Positions 42,479-64,000 of a stretch of 64,000 nt of DNA are shown here, one piece after another. The notes under the pieces are model-generated. The model worked only from the letters and a program-made list of their open reading frames with translations. It made no database searches and was not told the DNA's origin. Within the stretch, counting starts at the first letter, position 1, and each line of letters starts with the position of its first letter. This stretch comes from Trichinella spiralis. Taxonomy: Eukaryota. The stretch covers positions 943,444 through 1,007,443 of the forward strand of contig NW_003526948.1 in the NCBI RefSeq assembly GCF_000181795.1, read 5' to 3'. The position numbers were made by a program, and so were the translations under genes.

Positions 42479-43536
42479 TTATGTATATATATAGAACAAG
42501 TCGATCTCCTGCACTGCTTTACTGCACACTTTCGGCATTTTTTGCATTTCTATCAGCATTACTATCGTTTCCATCATTTCGTTTTGCTCGCATGTATGTC
42601 GATGCGTCAAGAATGGTGCATTCTGTCCGTCAAAAGTGAGAACCATTTTTCAAAACGAAATTGTCTTTTCATAACTATCACAATTGCTCATTCTTTGCTT
42701 TTTTTACCTGCACAGTTTCAGAGCTTCATTGGGATTGGCAGTGATTAGTCCAATATGTTGTTTGCTATGGTTGAAACCATTGGCCGATGTGTTGCGAAAA
42801 GCTTCACCAGTTACCATATCGTGAGTTGCTTGTTTCACAGTTCTGTTTGTAAATTTTGAAACTTTTCACGTTACTTTATTAAATAAATATATTTCATTCA
42901 GATTTTTTGAAATAAATTTCGATTGCTTACGAATCATTGTAACAATTATTGCCATATTAACGCGCGTTGCTGTGGCCAAGCCATGCTTGCAAGCTTATTT
43001 AAATCTAGCTGATCGACGAAAAGATCTTTGGCGTCAGGAGGTTGGTAAACTTACTGTGGGTGAAATTCGTCACACTGTAAGTATTTCATCTGTGATTAAG
43101 GACTTTTACTTTAAAATGTTTTTTAAATTAAGATATCGTCGATTTATTCATACTTTGCTGTGGTGGCAATCCAATTCTACGCACCGTTGTTGTTCCAATT
43201 TAGCGTATGCTGTTTGCTCAAAGAGCTCGGTTGGTTATTGCCTATTTGAAAAAAATTTTCATTTTTAAATTTTTTGTACATAAGTCACTTCATTCTTTGA
43301 AAATTGCAGGCAACTATTCATGCTTCACCACGTCATACTGCAACAGCAGTGCAGTACCTTACATCAAAAAATCTACCCTGTTTGAAAACAAATTTTGGCA
43401 TTTGTCCCACATGAGTAACATTTTCAACGAAACCGTGAATTGTGGCTTATGGAACTTTGTCCTCTTCATTACTTGTTTGAACCAACTGGCGCTGCCATTG
43501 ATCGCCATACTTGGTGCCAACTTTGCTTACGAATGA
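41363..43536 (+). CDS. TMEM161: Transmembrane protein 161
   Basis: M|GIVTFQMVLTLIAATVLQK, LPFYSEFDWL, GERSVCI, LLSFPSFRFARMY, LWLKP, LQAYLNLA, AIQFYAP. Confidence 0.9.
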
Positions 43537-44034
43537 GTTTTGTCGGTTGGTGTTTCTTTGCAACGCATCACAATTCGAATATCTGTGCATTACTGCAATT
43601 ATATTTGATTTGCATTATTATTGATATTGTAATATATATATACAACGTATATGTATGTATGTGTGCATATAATTTATTTATTTCACATTCATTTAAAATA
43701 AGGTTTTTTTACTAATAAAAACAATAAGAAAAACAGTATAATAAAATGAATTCTGTCACTTAGGTGTTTTTTTCATTTCTGTCAGGTTTGAACAACTGCT
43801 ATTGCACGCACATCACAGTGGCGAGCAAGATGAAGTAATGATTCGTTAAGGCATTATCAATCAAATCTGAAGAAGAAAAAGAACAGCCAAACATAACTGG
43901 ATTTAACACATCAATAACTATCCTCTTTTCAAATAATATACGTATTTATCAAAACAACACACTGCAGCAAAGTTATCAGCAACGTACTTACTGCAATGTA
44001 CTTTCTTCAAATAAGCAATATTTTCAAGAAATTT

Positions 44035-47000
44035 TTACAAAAAGTGCGGCGTCTCCTGGCCAGTTAACATTCGAAACATAGATGTTCGCATTGTTTTCAT
44101 ATGTATCTAAAAAAATCAATACCATAATGCAGTACTACAAACGTAATATATCATTGTAGCAAGTACTTCGCCTACAGCTGTGGCCAACATGGTTACCACT
44201 TTTTCATGTGGAACAGCCACTGCACTTTGACCATTGATCTCAATAATGCGATGGCCAACACGTATACCACCCCTTTCAGCGATGCCACCCCGAAGCAAAC
44301 TACAAATCTAAAGTAAAAAAATTTTTTTTCATCCATAAAATAATAATGTATATCATTAAACCAACCAATACATTAAACCGCATTCTCTCAACTGGATACA
44401 GAAATAAAAAAAATCTTTCCATATATGTATACTTACGTGTGACTTACTTATGCATTACTCTATGTGCCACTTTTCAGTCCTATCTTTCACGTTAAAGAAG
44501 ACAATAAACAAACATGTTAAAACTTAAAAGTTATACATTACATTTAAAGTTTCAATTACATTGTTTATTAATTAACATTTTTCAACAGCATAGAAAAAAA
44601 AAGAACAAACGCGACAACACCAATCTCATTAATATATTTTTTTGATTTTACAATTTACATTAAATTTTTAATCAACATTATAATTTACATAAACTGCATT
44701 TTCACTACCATTATTAGATTTCAAAATTATAAGAAAAATAAAATAATAAAAAAAAAACAATCACACTTACTACACCATTTTGCACGCTAAAACCAAGCTG
44801 ATATTTCGTGTCCGGACGTTTGATACGAACTTCTACAACTGGTGGCGTTTGAACAATGGTAATTTTGACGGCTGTCAGTGAACGAGCATCCTTGATATGA
44901 TTCTGGCATATGTTCAAAGGCAAACCGACAAACGAGATTCCATTCAACGCGATGATGTGGTCTCCGATGTTAATCTTTTTACATCTAGCTGCTGCACCTT
45001 CTGGCAACATGTTCGCAATCACCACCGTCGGCAACATGCTTCCCCATCCGGACTCAACAACTGCTACACCCAAAGGCTCGTCTTTCCGTTTCGGTATAAC
45101 AATCTATTTATAATAAAATATACATTTTACATACAGCATACAACCCCTGCAATAAGAAGAATCCTAATTACATCTTTCTGAGTCTCTCTGTTAGAAAACA
45201 TTTCCAACTCATCGCAATAAATTTCTTGGGAATTCAAAACTTGCTGGTAATCAAGCTCTTTGACATAAGTCGGATCGTCAATTCCTCGAGAACGCAAAAA
45301 TTCCATATATGCAACTTGAAAAGCTTGACCAATCGACTGAGCTATAAACTGCGCCTTAAAAGAACGAATAAACAAAATCGATCCAAATTAATGCTCATCC
45401 CCTAACCTCTTCCGATTCGAACACATGACAAATCATCTTCGGCACTGCTAGAATACCATGTGAAGCAGTTGATGTAGAGGAATGCGAAACACGTCTGGCC
45501 ATTAAAACAACCAAATCGCCAATATCAGCAATGTAACTGAAATAACAATCAAAATAATAATAGTTTTCGGTGTTTCGGAGTACCTGATTGTCCGCAAGCC
45601 GTGATCCATCATAATATCCTGAAAAAACGACATCAAACCGACAGAAATACACAAAGAAATATACAAAAATATGAATGCAAAAATCGAATCACTATTGTTA
45701 AGAATGTTAGTTGCCAAAATATGAAACAGCTGCATGCCTTTCCATATTAATGAAAAGAAAGAAATATCTTCAACTTTAAAATACTGCAATAAAAATAATC
45801 ATGAGGAACAGCAAGCAATAAGAACAATCATTATTATTAATATTACTAAACACAGATTTTAAAAGTAAAATTAAAAACTAAAAAAAATAAGAGTCAATCA
45901 TTAGCATTTGCCATTAGAAAAATAAGCTCAAGTCAGCATAAAAAATACAGGACAATCATGCCATAATATGCACCATAGGCAAAGGTTAGCAAGCAGGAGA
46001 ATACAAAATGAACCTACCTGACGCACGTCTGTCTCGGACACCCTCTAAAATTACAATCATCATCAGATTTGTTACAATGTAACACAAAACCGTCAACTTA
46101 AAAACTGTAAAAAAAAAGAGAAGTTCCAACACAAAAAAACAAAATGAGAATAAGCAATTAACCATAAAAAGTTCGTTTTCCTTTGTTGATTTTAATGAGC
46201 AAAAAATAAATATATAAAAACGAAAAAATATCTCCAATTTAAATAACATTAGATGAGGAGCAGTGTAAAAAGCGCATACACATCAAAATGTGTTCCCTTC
46301 ACTGGTTAAAGTAGTAAATTAACTTCGCAAATATCTCTAAATAGCATTTACAGCAGATATTATTTTTTTTGAAGCAAAAGATAAATGTTCACTATCAACT
46401 GTGTTCTTGTAAAACAAGCAGTAAACAGTAAGTATTGAAAAAAAAATAAAGACAGTATGAATGCCAAAAGTTTTCCTTCCAATATCAGCCAGCATTCAAT
46501 TCTGACAAATTTTAAAATAAAATACTTTTGCATACATTTTCTCAAATTAAAAAACCATGAATGACGAAAAACCTTTTGTTATCTGCACAACTTTTCTGCT
46601 TGTCAGAAGCAAATAATTAAACTGACAATAGATACTTCAAAAATGATTGCAAAAAAATGTCCTGTGAAGTATTATTTGAAAAAAATGAATGAAAAACATT
46701 CCTTCATCAAATACTAAAAATACCCAAAATAATTGCAGTTTCTTTATAAATATTCATCTACTTAATTACATAAAAGCAGAAATCATTAAGACAGCGTGAT
46801 CAGATAATTAATTTCCTTCTCTTCAAAAACTAAACAGACAATTGCCAAAAATATATACAAAGAAGCCATGCCCACAAAAGAAAATTTTAAGCAGAATAGC
46901 TTAATACACAGTACGAAAAGTAAAGCAGACAGGCCGAGAATATGAAGCTGTTAAATGAACTCGCTCAATTTTTAATTATCTAGCAAAAAGCAGCAATGCA

Positions 47001-50000
47001 ACCAAGGTATAATAAGCATGCTCATTGCAGTCGTGAGTGTAAAAAAACAACGCTTCTCATTAATCATTCCCTGAAATTATTAAACTAAAAATTATAATTT
47101 GAATGAAACAAAAAACCAATAATTCACTGATCAATGATAGAAGAAACAAAAAAGAAATCAAAACAACAACAAGCATACCTGCATGTCAGTATTAAGCACC
47201 ATAATTTTCTCCGTGGAAATGAATAAATCGACATCAGTTGCCGGCTGTGATTCACCATCTGGGGCCTTAATAATTAAGCAAAACATGAAAAGACAAATAA
47301 AAAGCAAATAAATAAACATTACTGCTCACCTTAATACAAGAAACCGCTTCCTGTGCTTGAAGCATCCGAGAAGCTTTAGTTGTCGGGCCCTCACTTACGA
47401 TTTGTGTTGAACCGAGATATCTAGCCCGAAACAGGACACCTTCGATCAGCACTGCAGGCTCATGAACAATCACTAAAATATAAATGAGCCGCAACAATAA
47501 TTATATATATATATAGCATTTCAGTCGCTATTTTTGTGTGAACAGTGAAAACAAAAAGAAAATCAGAAAATATTATCGCTTATCACTAGTGATCAACACG
47601 GAGTACAAATCAATTCGAAGCGCGTTCACAACATAATACAGTAGCGCTAATATAAAACAAACCAAAAAATTAAAATTAATAATAATATCGTGCAAGAAAA
47701 GCAACAGTAAAAACTTGTAAAATCAAACCTGCCTCATAAAGCACAGATCGTAATTCTAAACTACGTATGAACACAACTGTAAAAACATCATTCTTAACAA
47801 CAGTAAAGCTATATAAAGTATTAATTTAAAATATATTTATAAAGTATAGTTTGAGTTTTCTATTATAATATTATATTTATATATTTAAAAACGGAGATCT
47901 AAAAACATAAAATGAGAAATATACTGAATTAAAAGAACTGTCAATTTTTCATAAATATACTTTAATCACCATACACTCATGTAGGGTATTTTCATTTGTT
48001 TAACTAGAAATAACATTCTATAAAACGCGCATTTGTTATGAATTATTATCCAACTTTTTCATTGAAAAGTTATAAAAAGAGCAATGCAACAAATTAATTT
48101 CAATGATTCTGCAACAACATTCTGTAATATAATATATTACATTAACATTTAATAATTTATATGAACTATAAAAAAATAACCAATACAAGAGATAAAATAT
48201 TTTTTAACAAATAAAAAGTCGAATAGTACAAACAAAATTGTCCAGATATAGACAATAAAATTCAAATAAAAAAGTTCAAAAAACATCCTGTTTTCTAGTT
48301 ACCATTTTAATCATAGCTAAAAGAGATACTTTCAAACTAGCCAAATTTTAAAACTTCAAATTTTCATACTTAAGTATTGGTTTTAAAAATGTCAAAAAAA
48401 TACAAACTGAATCACTATGACAGTAATGACATCATGTGCTTCTTCCTTCAATAAAATAAAATAAAATAAACTCAATGCCGGCATCTCATTTCACACAAAA
48501 TTGAAATTTTTGAGAATTCTGCAATTAATAATTTCAAATAATAAAAAAATGCATCGCAAAACAAACCACCATGTTCATTTTAAACATTTACAATAATCAT
48601 TAAAAAGAAGAAAACGACAATATTTCTTAAAAATAGCATTGTGCATGACAAAACTCAACAATTATCAACAAGTGAGCAACAAAATAAGGCTTTTAAAATA
48701 GTTTATATAAGTAATATAACCAAAAATTACGCTGAAATCATGCTTACATAAAAATATTTTGTACATCTGTGCATTAATATTTTATATATGTGCATTAATA
48801 TCTTCACAATAAATGATTAAATTATGATGTTAGTCAAATAACAGCTTATAGGTATAATATCAAAGTACTGCGGCACTACAAAAGAAAAAGAGCAAAATTC
48901 AAAATGTCATCTCCATTTAAGATTAATATAATATCAAGCTGCATGCTCAAGTTTTGTAAATCAAATAGAATTTCACTTTCTACATAAAAATAAACTATTA
49001 AATGTAAAATAGAATAAACAATTTCTCACTTGTATAAAGAAGAATAAAATTTTGCAATATAGCAGAACACAGACAGAACTAGCAGCTAAGCAGCGATATA
49101 CCATGCAACATCAATCAACCCTCCAATCCAACTTACCAATCATTAGAACAGCATTAGAATTCGGACTCCGGCAGCGCACAAATAATACATTTCATTTTTA
49201 CCATTATCAAATAAACATTTAAAAATAAAACATTTTACACCAAACAGAAACCATCATATGCTAACATAGAATATGTCAAAAAAAGGTGCGTCAGTATGAT
49301 AAATGTCACCTTAATTAAAATCCTTATAACTCAGCTTTCATTGATATGCAAACAAATGTTTCATTTAAAAAATACTGTTTAACATCAACAAGGCAATGGT
49401 TTTTGAAAATTCCATTTTTTCGTTCAACTTGATATATGCAATTATATGACCAACACCTTCTATTCACATACAAGTATCTTACAAAATCAGTTATACACAC
49501 AGCAATTATAAATTCATATCAACAGTAATATTTGTCATATAAATTTTGAGATTTTATCAGTTACATCACGTCACATCACAAAATTCGCGACAATTTTACG
49601 CAATTTTTTAAACTGCCACTTAATATCAAAATTACAAACAACTTTCAACTCTTCAAATGAAATCCACTAAACGTGTTTATCATTTTCAGCGCTACATAAT
49701 TACAACAAGCTATATTATGTAGTATTAACCTTGCTGGTAATTAAAATGACATCACTTTCAATAATAAAATAAAACTAGAAAAAAATTCAACGCACTTTCT
49801 TTCTTCTTTTTCGATTTCTTCTAAAACGAAAGGAAACACTGCAACACTATCGTGGCGACAAAACTGAAGTCATCTACCAAAACTTACCTGATTACAAGGA
49901 GCAGGGACAGAACTTTTGCTATCATTATTTTGGACTTTCAACAGCTGATCCGTTTCCCCTTCAGTATCATCATTTTCTTCTTAAAAATTTCAGATTACGA

Positions 50001-52464
50001 TTATAAAAATGCTCAACCACACTCCATTATTGCTGTTTCACAGTTTACACAAATATCACATACATTACAATAATTTCCATTATCATTATTACATCACTAA
50101 TTTACACACACGCATATTATATATATTTATATTTATATGCATAAAAACATCATCCTTCTTGTAAATTATTTTCACACGGAAACATCCAATTTATTGAAAA
50201 TATAATTTTTATACATACCTAAAATATGTTTAGGCATAGTTGGCGAAGACTGTGATCGATGCAACGCTTCTTTGCATTCCTTCTGCTGACGTTCTAAATT
50301 TTGTCGACGTCGAAAAGATGACCTGAAATTTTATATTCTTACAAAAAGAGATTAGAAAATAATAATTACCTGAGAACCCAAACGTGATCTTCACTATTCA
50401 CAGTGCTAAATTCACTTATATCCGACTGTTCTACTGTTTCACTTATATGATTTTCGCAGTGACAGTCCGATGGAACCTGCTCAGTAGCAGAAACCAAAGA
50501 CAGCCTTTCTACGGGTGCACCATTATTATGTAATGGCTAAAATAAATAAAGCTTTGAAAAAAGCACCTAGTGTTGTTAAAATTAAAAACATCTAACTTAC
50601 TTTCGCATCAGCTGACGATGCCCTTAACAGAGCAGCATATTCTTCCAGCTGCTTTGCCAATTCCAACGAATTTTTCGCTGGCGCCAAAGGCAATAAATGT
50701 AATGGCGGCACAGTCACTGCAGGTACACCAACTGAAAAAGCTGAAAATGAAAAAACAAAATAATAAATATCGAAAACTGGCAGAAACATTTCCATTTCAA
50801 ACGGCTTAAACTGTATGTAATATTGATAGATGTACTTGGACATTTTAAACCACCGCTGAGTTGATGATCAACGTGTCGAGTTGTATTATCCATATCTGAT
50901 TCAACTTTCTTATTTATTTTCAATCCTTCCTCAGAAGAACTTGCAGCGAGTTCGTTCAATGTACGCCCTTTTCCATTTGGAGATTCTGCAGCAAGAGCAG
51001 CATAGTTCGAACATTTCCTGGAGCTCCAGTTTATCTAATAAACATATGTAAAATTAATAATAAACAACCGTAAGTAACACGTTTTACAGAAAACAAATAA
51101 ACTTTTTAAACATCTACGATTGTTTAAAAACTCAAACACTGATTTTCATTCTACTGATCAAATTAAAAATCATGACTGAAATATCAAATTTCCAGCCCTA
51201 AATCGATCAGACGCTAAGAAAAATTTTTAATTTTAAAATATTCCACGTATGCAACATTAGAACCAGATTACATTTAAAATTGATTTAAAATATATTGGAT
51301 GCAACACACTTTCAGCACCGTGATATACTTGAATGTCATTTATAGTACTGTATAAAATGAGAAAGTTAACTTCTTTTTCAAATTCGGTAGAAATCTCCTA
51401 CTATCCTTGCATGGGTGAAAAATTCAATCAACTGATAATCAGTTAGAAAAAGCTGACATAGCACATAATAAAACCGCTGTCAGAAAATCAATAACCATAA
51501 ATTTGATCTATCACACCTTGGAAGCGACGAGACTAGCGTTAGTTTTGGTGATATTGGTCAATTGCTGTTGCAGTTCCTCCATTTTGCGGTCAATCAAATC
51601 TGCTGACACGTTCAAAGGTCTGTCTTTATCTTCTGGCAGTTTGTCAGAACTGCTTTCTTTCTGAAACAGCTATTCAATGTAAACAACATACTGATACATG
51701 CTGCTAGAGTAAAATTTCTTAACGCAAAAATGGTTGTTTAAGTAAATAAAAACTACAATTTCTATCTTAACACATACAGACACTTCCTCTTCGACACTGT
51801 TTGCTTCATCAAGACTGGGGAGCGATTGGCACCGATGCGAGACATCTTAATGAGACAAAGTTAATCAAATAAAGGTCGCAAATTCTGGAATATACGTACT
51901 TTCTGTCGACACCTGAAATAAATGCACACCATCAGTCAGCAAAAAATTATTCTCTCAAAACTGAATCTAATTAACAAAATGAAAACATAACCAAGTAAAA
52001 ATTACTTCGGGCATGTGTTGGGGTATTTCAGCTAAAGCACTTCGTGATGAACGACGTTGTTCACATTTATATATATTGGAAAGTTGGTTAGCAAAATGGC
52101 AATCGATAAGCTCAGGTTGTATAGGACTAGTTGCGTCATACGCAAGTGATTCATGGCCGAACACAGGCTGCAATCTTCGCCTTGGGCTGGTTGCTTTACT
52201 TTGTGTAGGCGTAGCGGCAGCGTCACAGTACATTTTCAATCGGTTAAAATAAGTGAGCAAGTCTTCTTCATTAAATTGTGGATAAGAATACTGTTCACCA
52301 GTGACCACCGTTGTCTCTGCACTACCATTAGTCGTTGTAGAAAAACCTTGAGGAAGATGAAGTGTCAGATGATGGTCATTAACCGGCGCCATTAAAGTTG
52401 GCGTTGTTTCCGAAGATTCTGGAGATGAAGACGCTCTACATTCACATGCATCCATTTCCGCCAT
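44035..52464 (-). CDS. lin-10: Mint/X11/LIN-10 adaptor (PTB plus two PDZ); start codon tentative
   Basis: [98 protein letters not shown]. Ends GQETPHFL. Confidence 0.95.
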
Positions 52465-53540
52465 TTTCACAAAGCTAATGACGATGCAACTAATCGTCTA
52501 TACTGCATAACAGAACTCTGCTGTTACATGTGCGTAGCAGGCGTCGTTCGGTATTGGAACTGCCTAACTGCAATGAATCACACAATTGTAACGCTTCGTT
52601 AAGTGAACGCAAAAAAAATACCGTATGACAATAAAGAAAAGTAAGACCAAACTATGCTATGTATTCTTATTTACTCAATAAATGCGTATTAATCTAGTTA
52701 TTATTGAATTGTAAATATTCTGCAATGACATTTTTATTAATAATTTTATTATTTTTAATGAATAATTATTTTTGAATTTAACGTAAAGAAAATTAACGAT
52801 GAAAAAGCAATTTAATGCGGGCTGCAGGCCCTAACAAGGCTGCAATTGTTTAAAACTGCAGAATTATAATGGTTTGGCAAAACTGATTCTCTTGTTTTTG
52901 TTTGCATAAAGTGATGAAAGTATACAATTTAATGTTGCTATTAAAAGATGTGATTTGCTAATAATTGACTTTTCTAATTGTAGCTAATCGCATCTTTAAA
53001 TTGATGCTTATTCTAGAAACTTCATTCTAAAATTGGATATTTTCATAATTTTCTTTAATAGATCATTAGTCTTATTTTTCATGTATGTGCGAAAAACACA
53101 CTGAATTCTTTATTATAATTGATCGATAATGAATAAAGCTGAAAGAGCAAAAAAGATGCTGAAGCGTCGAATAAAAATTGTCCAGTATTGAACATATGCT
53201 GAAATAAAGCAGCAGACCATCTGCAACAGCAGCAGGCACAACAAATGTTATGTGTCTATATTGCCATTACAATATTTGCTAAAGCAAATTACATTTTGCA
53301 TATTAAGCCATATTTGAATAATATTCATATTATATATATTGTGTAAAAAGCAGTAAGAAAGAAATTTTGAAAAGCACTTTAGAAATAAATAAATATAAAA
53401 TGTTATTTCCTTAAAAATACCGACATTGGGAAGCTTAACAACAAAATGATTGTTGTCATTTTGAAAATTTATTTATTTTGGTTACAGTTAGTTTAAAACG
53501 AAACGAAATATCAGTCTCCCATCATGAAACGCAAACTGAC

Positions 53541-55285
<1,745 letters not shown>

Positions 55286-56797
55286 GATGAAGCAATAGCT
55301 GAAACCTGCTTGTTAAATTTTCTTTTTAAAAATGAAGAAAAGGATTTACAAAATGACAAATAAGATGATTATAAAGAACTTCGCTCACTGTAAGTCACAA
55401 TGTAGGCTGAATAATCTTTGACTAAATAGAATTTAATATTTATTTATTTAAGGAACCAGTGAACAACATCTTTCGTTCTATTTACATGCAACGGGCAACA
55501 GTAATTCGCTCTTAGACAGTCTCTACATCTTGCAATCTTATAAACATTTCATGAATTCTAAACTGAAACATATGTACTTAAATGAAGAAAACTTTACTAT
55601 TAAAAAATGTTATTTGCATATTTGTGTTCTAAATATATATACAGATAATGGCGTCATTTTATTGTATGTAAACGTTTTGGGAAGGAATTGGAATAATTTC
55701 TTGCTTAAACAGAGAGAAGCAGTACATCAGAATTTCAAAAAACCACTTACATCAAAGAAAATTTGAAATTATTATTATTTTAAAATATCTATTACTGCAT
55801 ATTTTTCTTGTTGAAAATGTCCACTTAATGCATGTCATCATCATATTTATGCTGAAATTTTATCGAGATAACTTTTAGCTGCTAAAAAGATGTAATTTTA
55901 TCGAAATTATTATAATAATAAATATGCAATGCTTTGCTTCAAAAATATTTCACAAATGTTATCTTTTCTATTTCAAATTATGTATGCTGCTGTCGGTGGA
56001 ATAAATAACTTTTGCAGAAAATTTGCTTTTCTTCTTTTCAACTTTGATTGAACAGGATGAGCACAATTTCAATGCATGTTTCAATGCATTGCATTGGACT
56101 TCAATTATTATATTCATTAAAAATAGCTTAGAATATATTCTGTTTGTCTGTTTGTTATTATAAGAAAAAAGGGAAAAAACCTTCACATAAGAGAATTTTC
56201 TCATTGAATATATAAACCCATGAAAAGAACCTAGATAAAAGAAAGTCAAGGAATGCGCGCGTGTGGGTGTGTGTATTTGAAACAGAAATCCAACTGCTTG
56301 TACTGAATAATAAATGTTCAACATTAAGAATCTGAATTGCTTGTGAAATAAAAAACAAGAATGAAGTTTGAAACAAAGAAATAAAAAGTATAGAAATATT
56401 GCAAGCTCGCGTAAAGGTAAATTGTTAAACAGACTAGCATGCGGCAAAAAAATTGAAAAAATTACTTTCTGAAGCTGCACAATATAATCAAGACCATCAT
56501 ACATATATGTATATATATGATAAGTGTGTGTGTGTGTGTGTGTGTGCGTGTTTAGTTGAATATCAGCGATTGAATGAACAAATCATAAATATATTCAATT
56601 TCGCATGATGTTGAATTTTACAACAGGCTAAATGTGAAAATAAATATGAAAAAACCGAAGCTGATATGTCGATCTGCACATTAAAAAGAAGTAGAACACT
56701 TGGTGACTTTCAATGATGCCTCTTATATTTATGTGGAAAAGAAAGAAAAAAGAAAATGCAATATGATGCTGCCGTTGTTTTCTTTCAACTCATTATA

Positions 56798-63317
<6,520 letters not shown>

Positions 63318-63354
63318 TTTTCTTTTCTTGTGCACCGTTGGTTTTCTCCGCTCT

Positions 63355-63431
63355 GATGATGATGATGACGATGACGATGATGATGATGCTGAAGCTGATA
63401 CTAATGCTAATGCTGATGCTGATGCCGATGC
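63355..63431. repeat. (GAT/GCT)n triplet repeat encoding an Ala/Ser-rich tract in the AP-2 upstream ORF
   Basis: Direct read; the minus frame gives ASASAS...SSSSSSSSS. Confidence 0.85.
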
Positions 63432-63980
63432 CTGTTTCACTTCCGAGTTTGATATTACTTTCATCAGTTCAGTGAACAATCGGCTCGGCCAGAAAACTTG
63501 ATTTGCATAAAGCACTCCGAGCGTTATCGAAATTAATGTCAGTGACGAAATCAGTGTTCATTAGCTGCAGTAGAAATTGTTCGTAGTCGCTGTTAATATC
63601 TTTCTTAAGAACTTTCAAAAAAAGAGCCCAATCCATCCATCTATCTATCTGTCAATGCATCCATCTATCTTTGTCCATCTGCTCGACAACAAAACAATTT
63701 CACAAAAACAACAACAACAACAACAAACAAACAAACAAACAAAAACAGCAACAAACAACAACGACGACGAGAACTTCTTTTTCGCTTATTACAAGCTTTC
63801 TATACAACACTTTATACCTTGAAATTGTTGAATTAATTCGAACGTGAATTCCGTTGAAAATATTGTACAAGACAATCTAGATGAACTATGCTCAGCCTAG
63901 CACTCCCTCGTAGGCGAATGAAGAAAAATTAGCCGCCTACACGCCAAACCGGTTCTTTAAGCAAAGCGTTGCTTAAACTG

Positions 63981-63996
63981 ACGGCAGATGGCGCTG
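63981..63996 (+). promoter_or_regulatory. Candidate CTCF-binding motif
   Basis: acggcagatggcgctg matches the CTCF core (C)AGATGGCGC(T). Confidence 0.35.
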
Positions 63997-64000
63997 CAAG

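Noticed and set aside
55968..56504. 178-aa ORF downstream of AP-2
   Set aside because: Low-complexity F/L/I-rich translation of AT-rich, probable 3' UTR sequence.

Overview
AT-rich eukaryotic genomic DNA with many short GT-AG introns, most consistent with a basal (clade I) nematode such as Trichinella. That is inferred from gene content and intron style, not proven. The first ~6.5 kb is decayed DNA-transposon debris: a 62-bp tandem repeat, an internally deleted PGBD3-like piggyBac, a second piggyBac-like end and Tigger/pogo-like remnants. The rest is a compact run of 14 genes: FARSB (-), an ENTPD5/6-like nucleoside diphosphatase (+), an intronless DC-STAMP-family gene (-), LPCAT (+), MLH1 (-), a MARVEL-like 4-TM gene (+), DHX15/Prp43 (-), a divergent exostosin (+), SDHB (-), METTL4/DAMT-1-like (-), TMEM161 (+), Mint/LIN-10 (-), TDH (-) and AP-2 (-). 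The most notable items are the intronless RING-less DC-STAMP gene, an atypical structured 3' splice site in DHX15, two GC-AG introns, LIN-10 microexons, a hAT-type MITE with an 8-bp TSD between divergent genes, and a CTCF-like motif upstream of AP-2. No prokaryotic-type system, CRISPR array or recognisable RNA gene was found. Exon boundaries were read by eye, and family assignments rest on motif recognition, not database searches.
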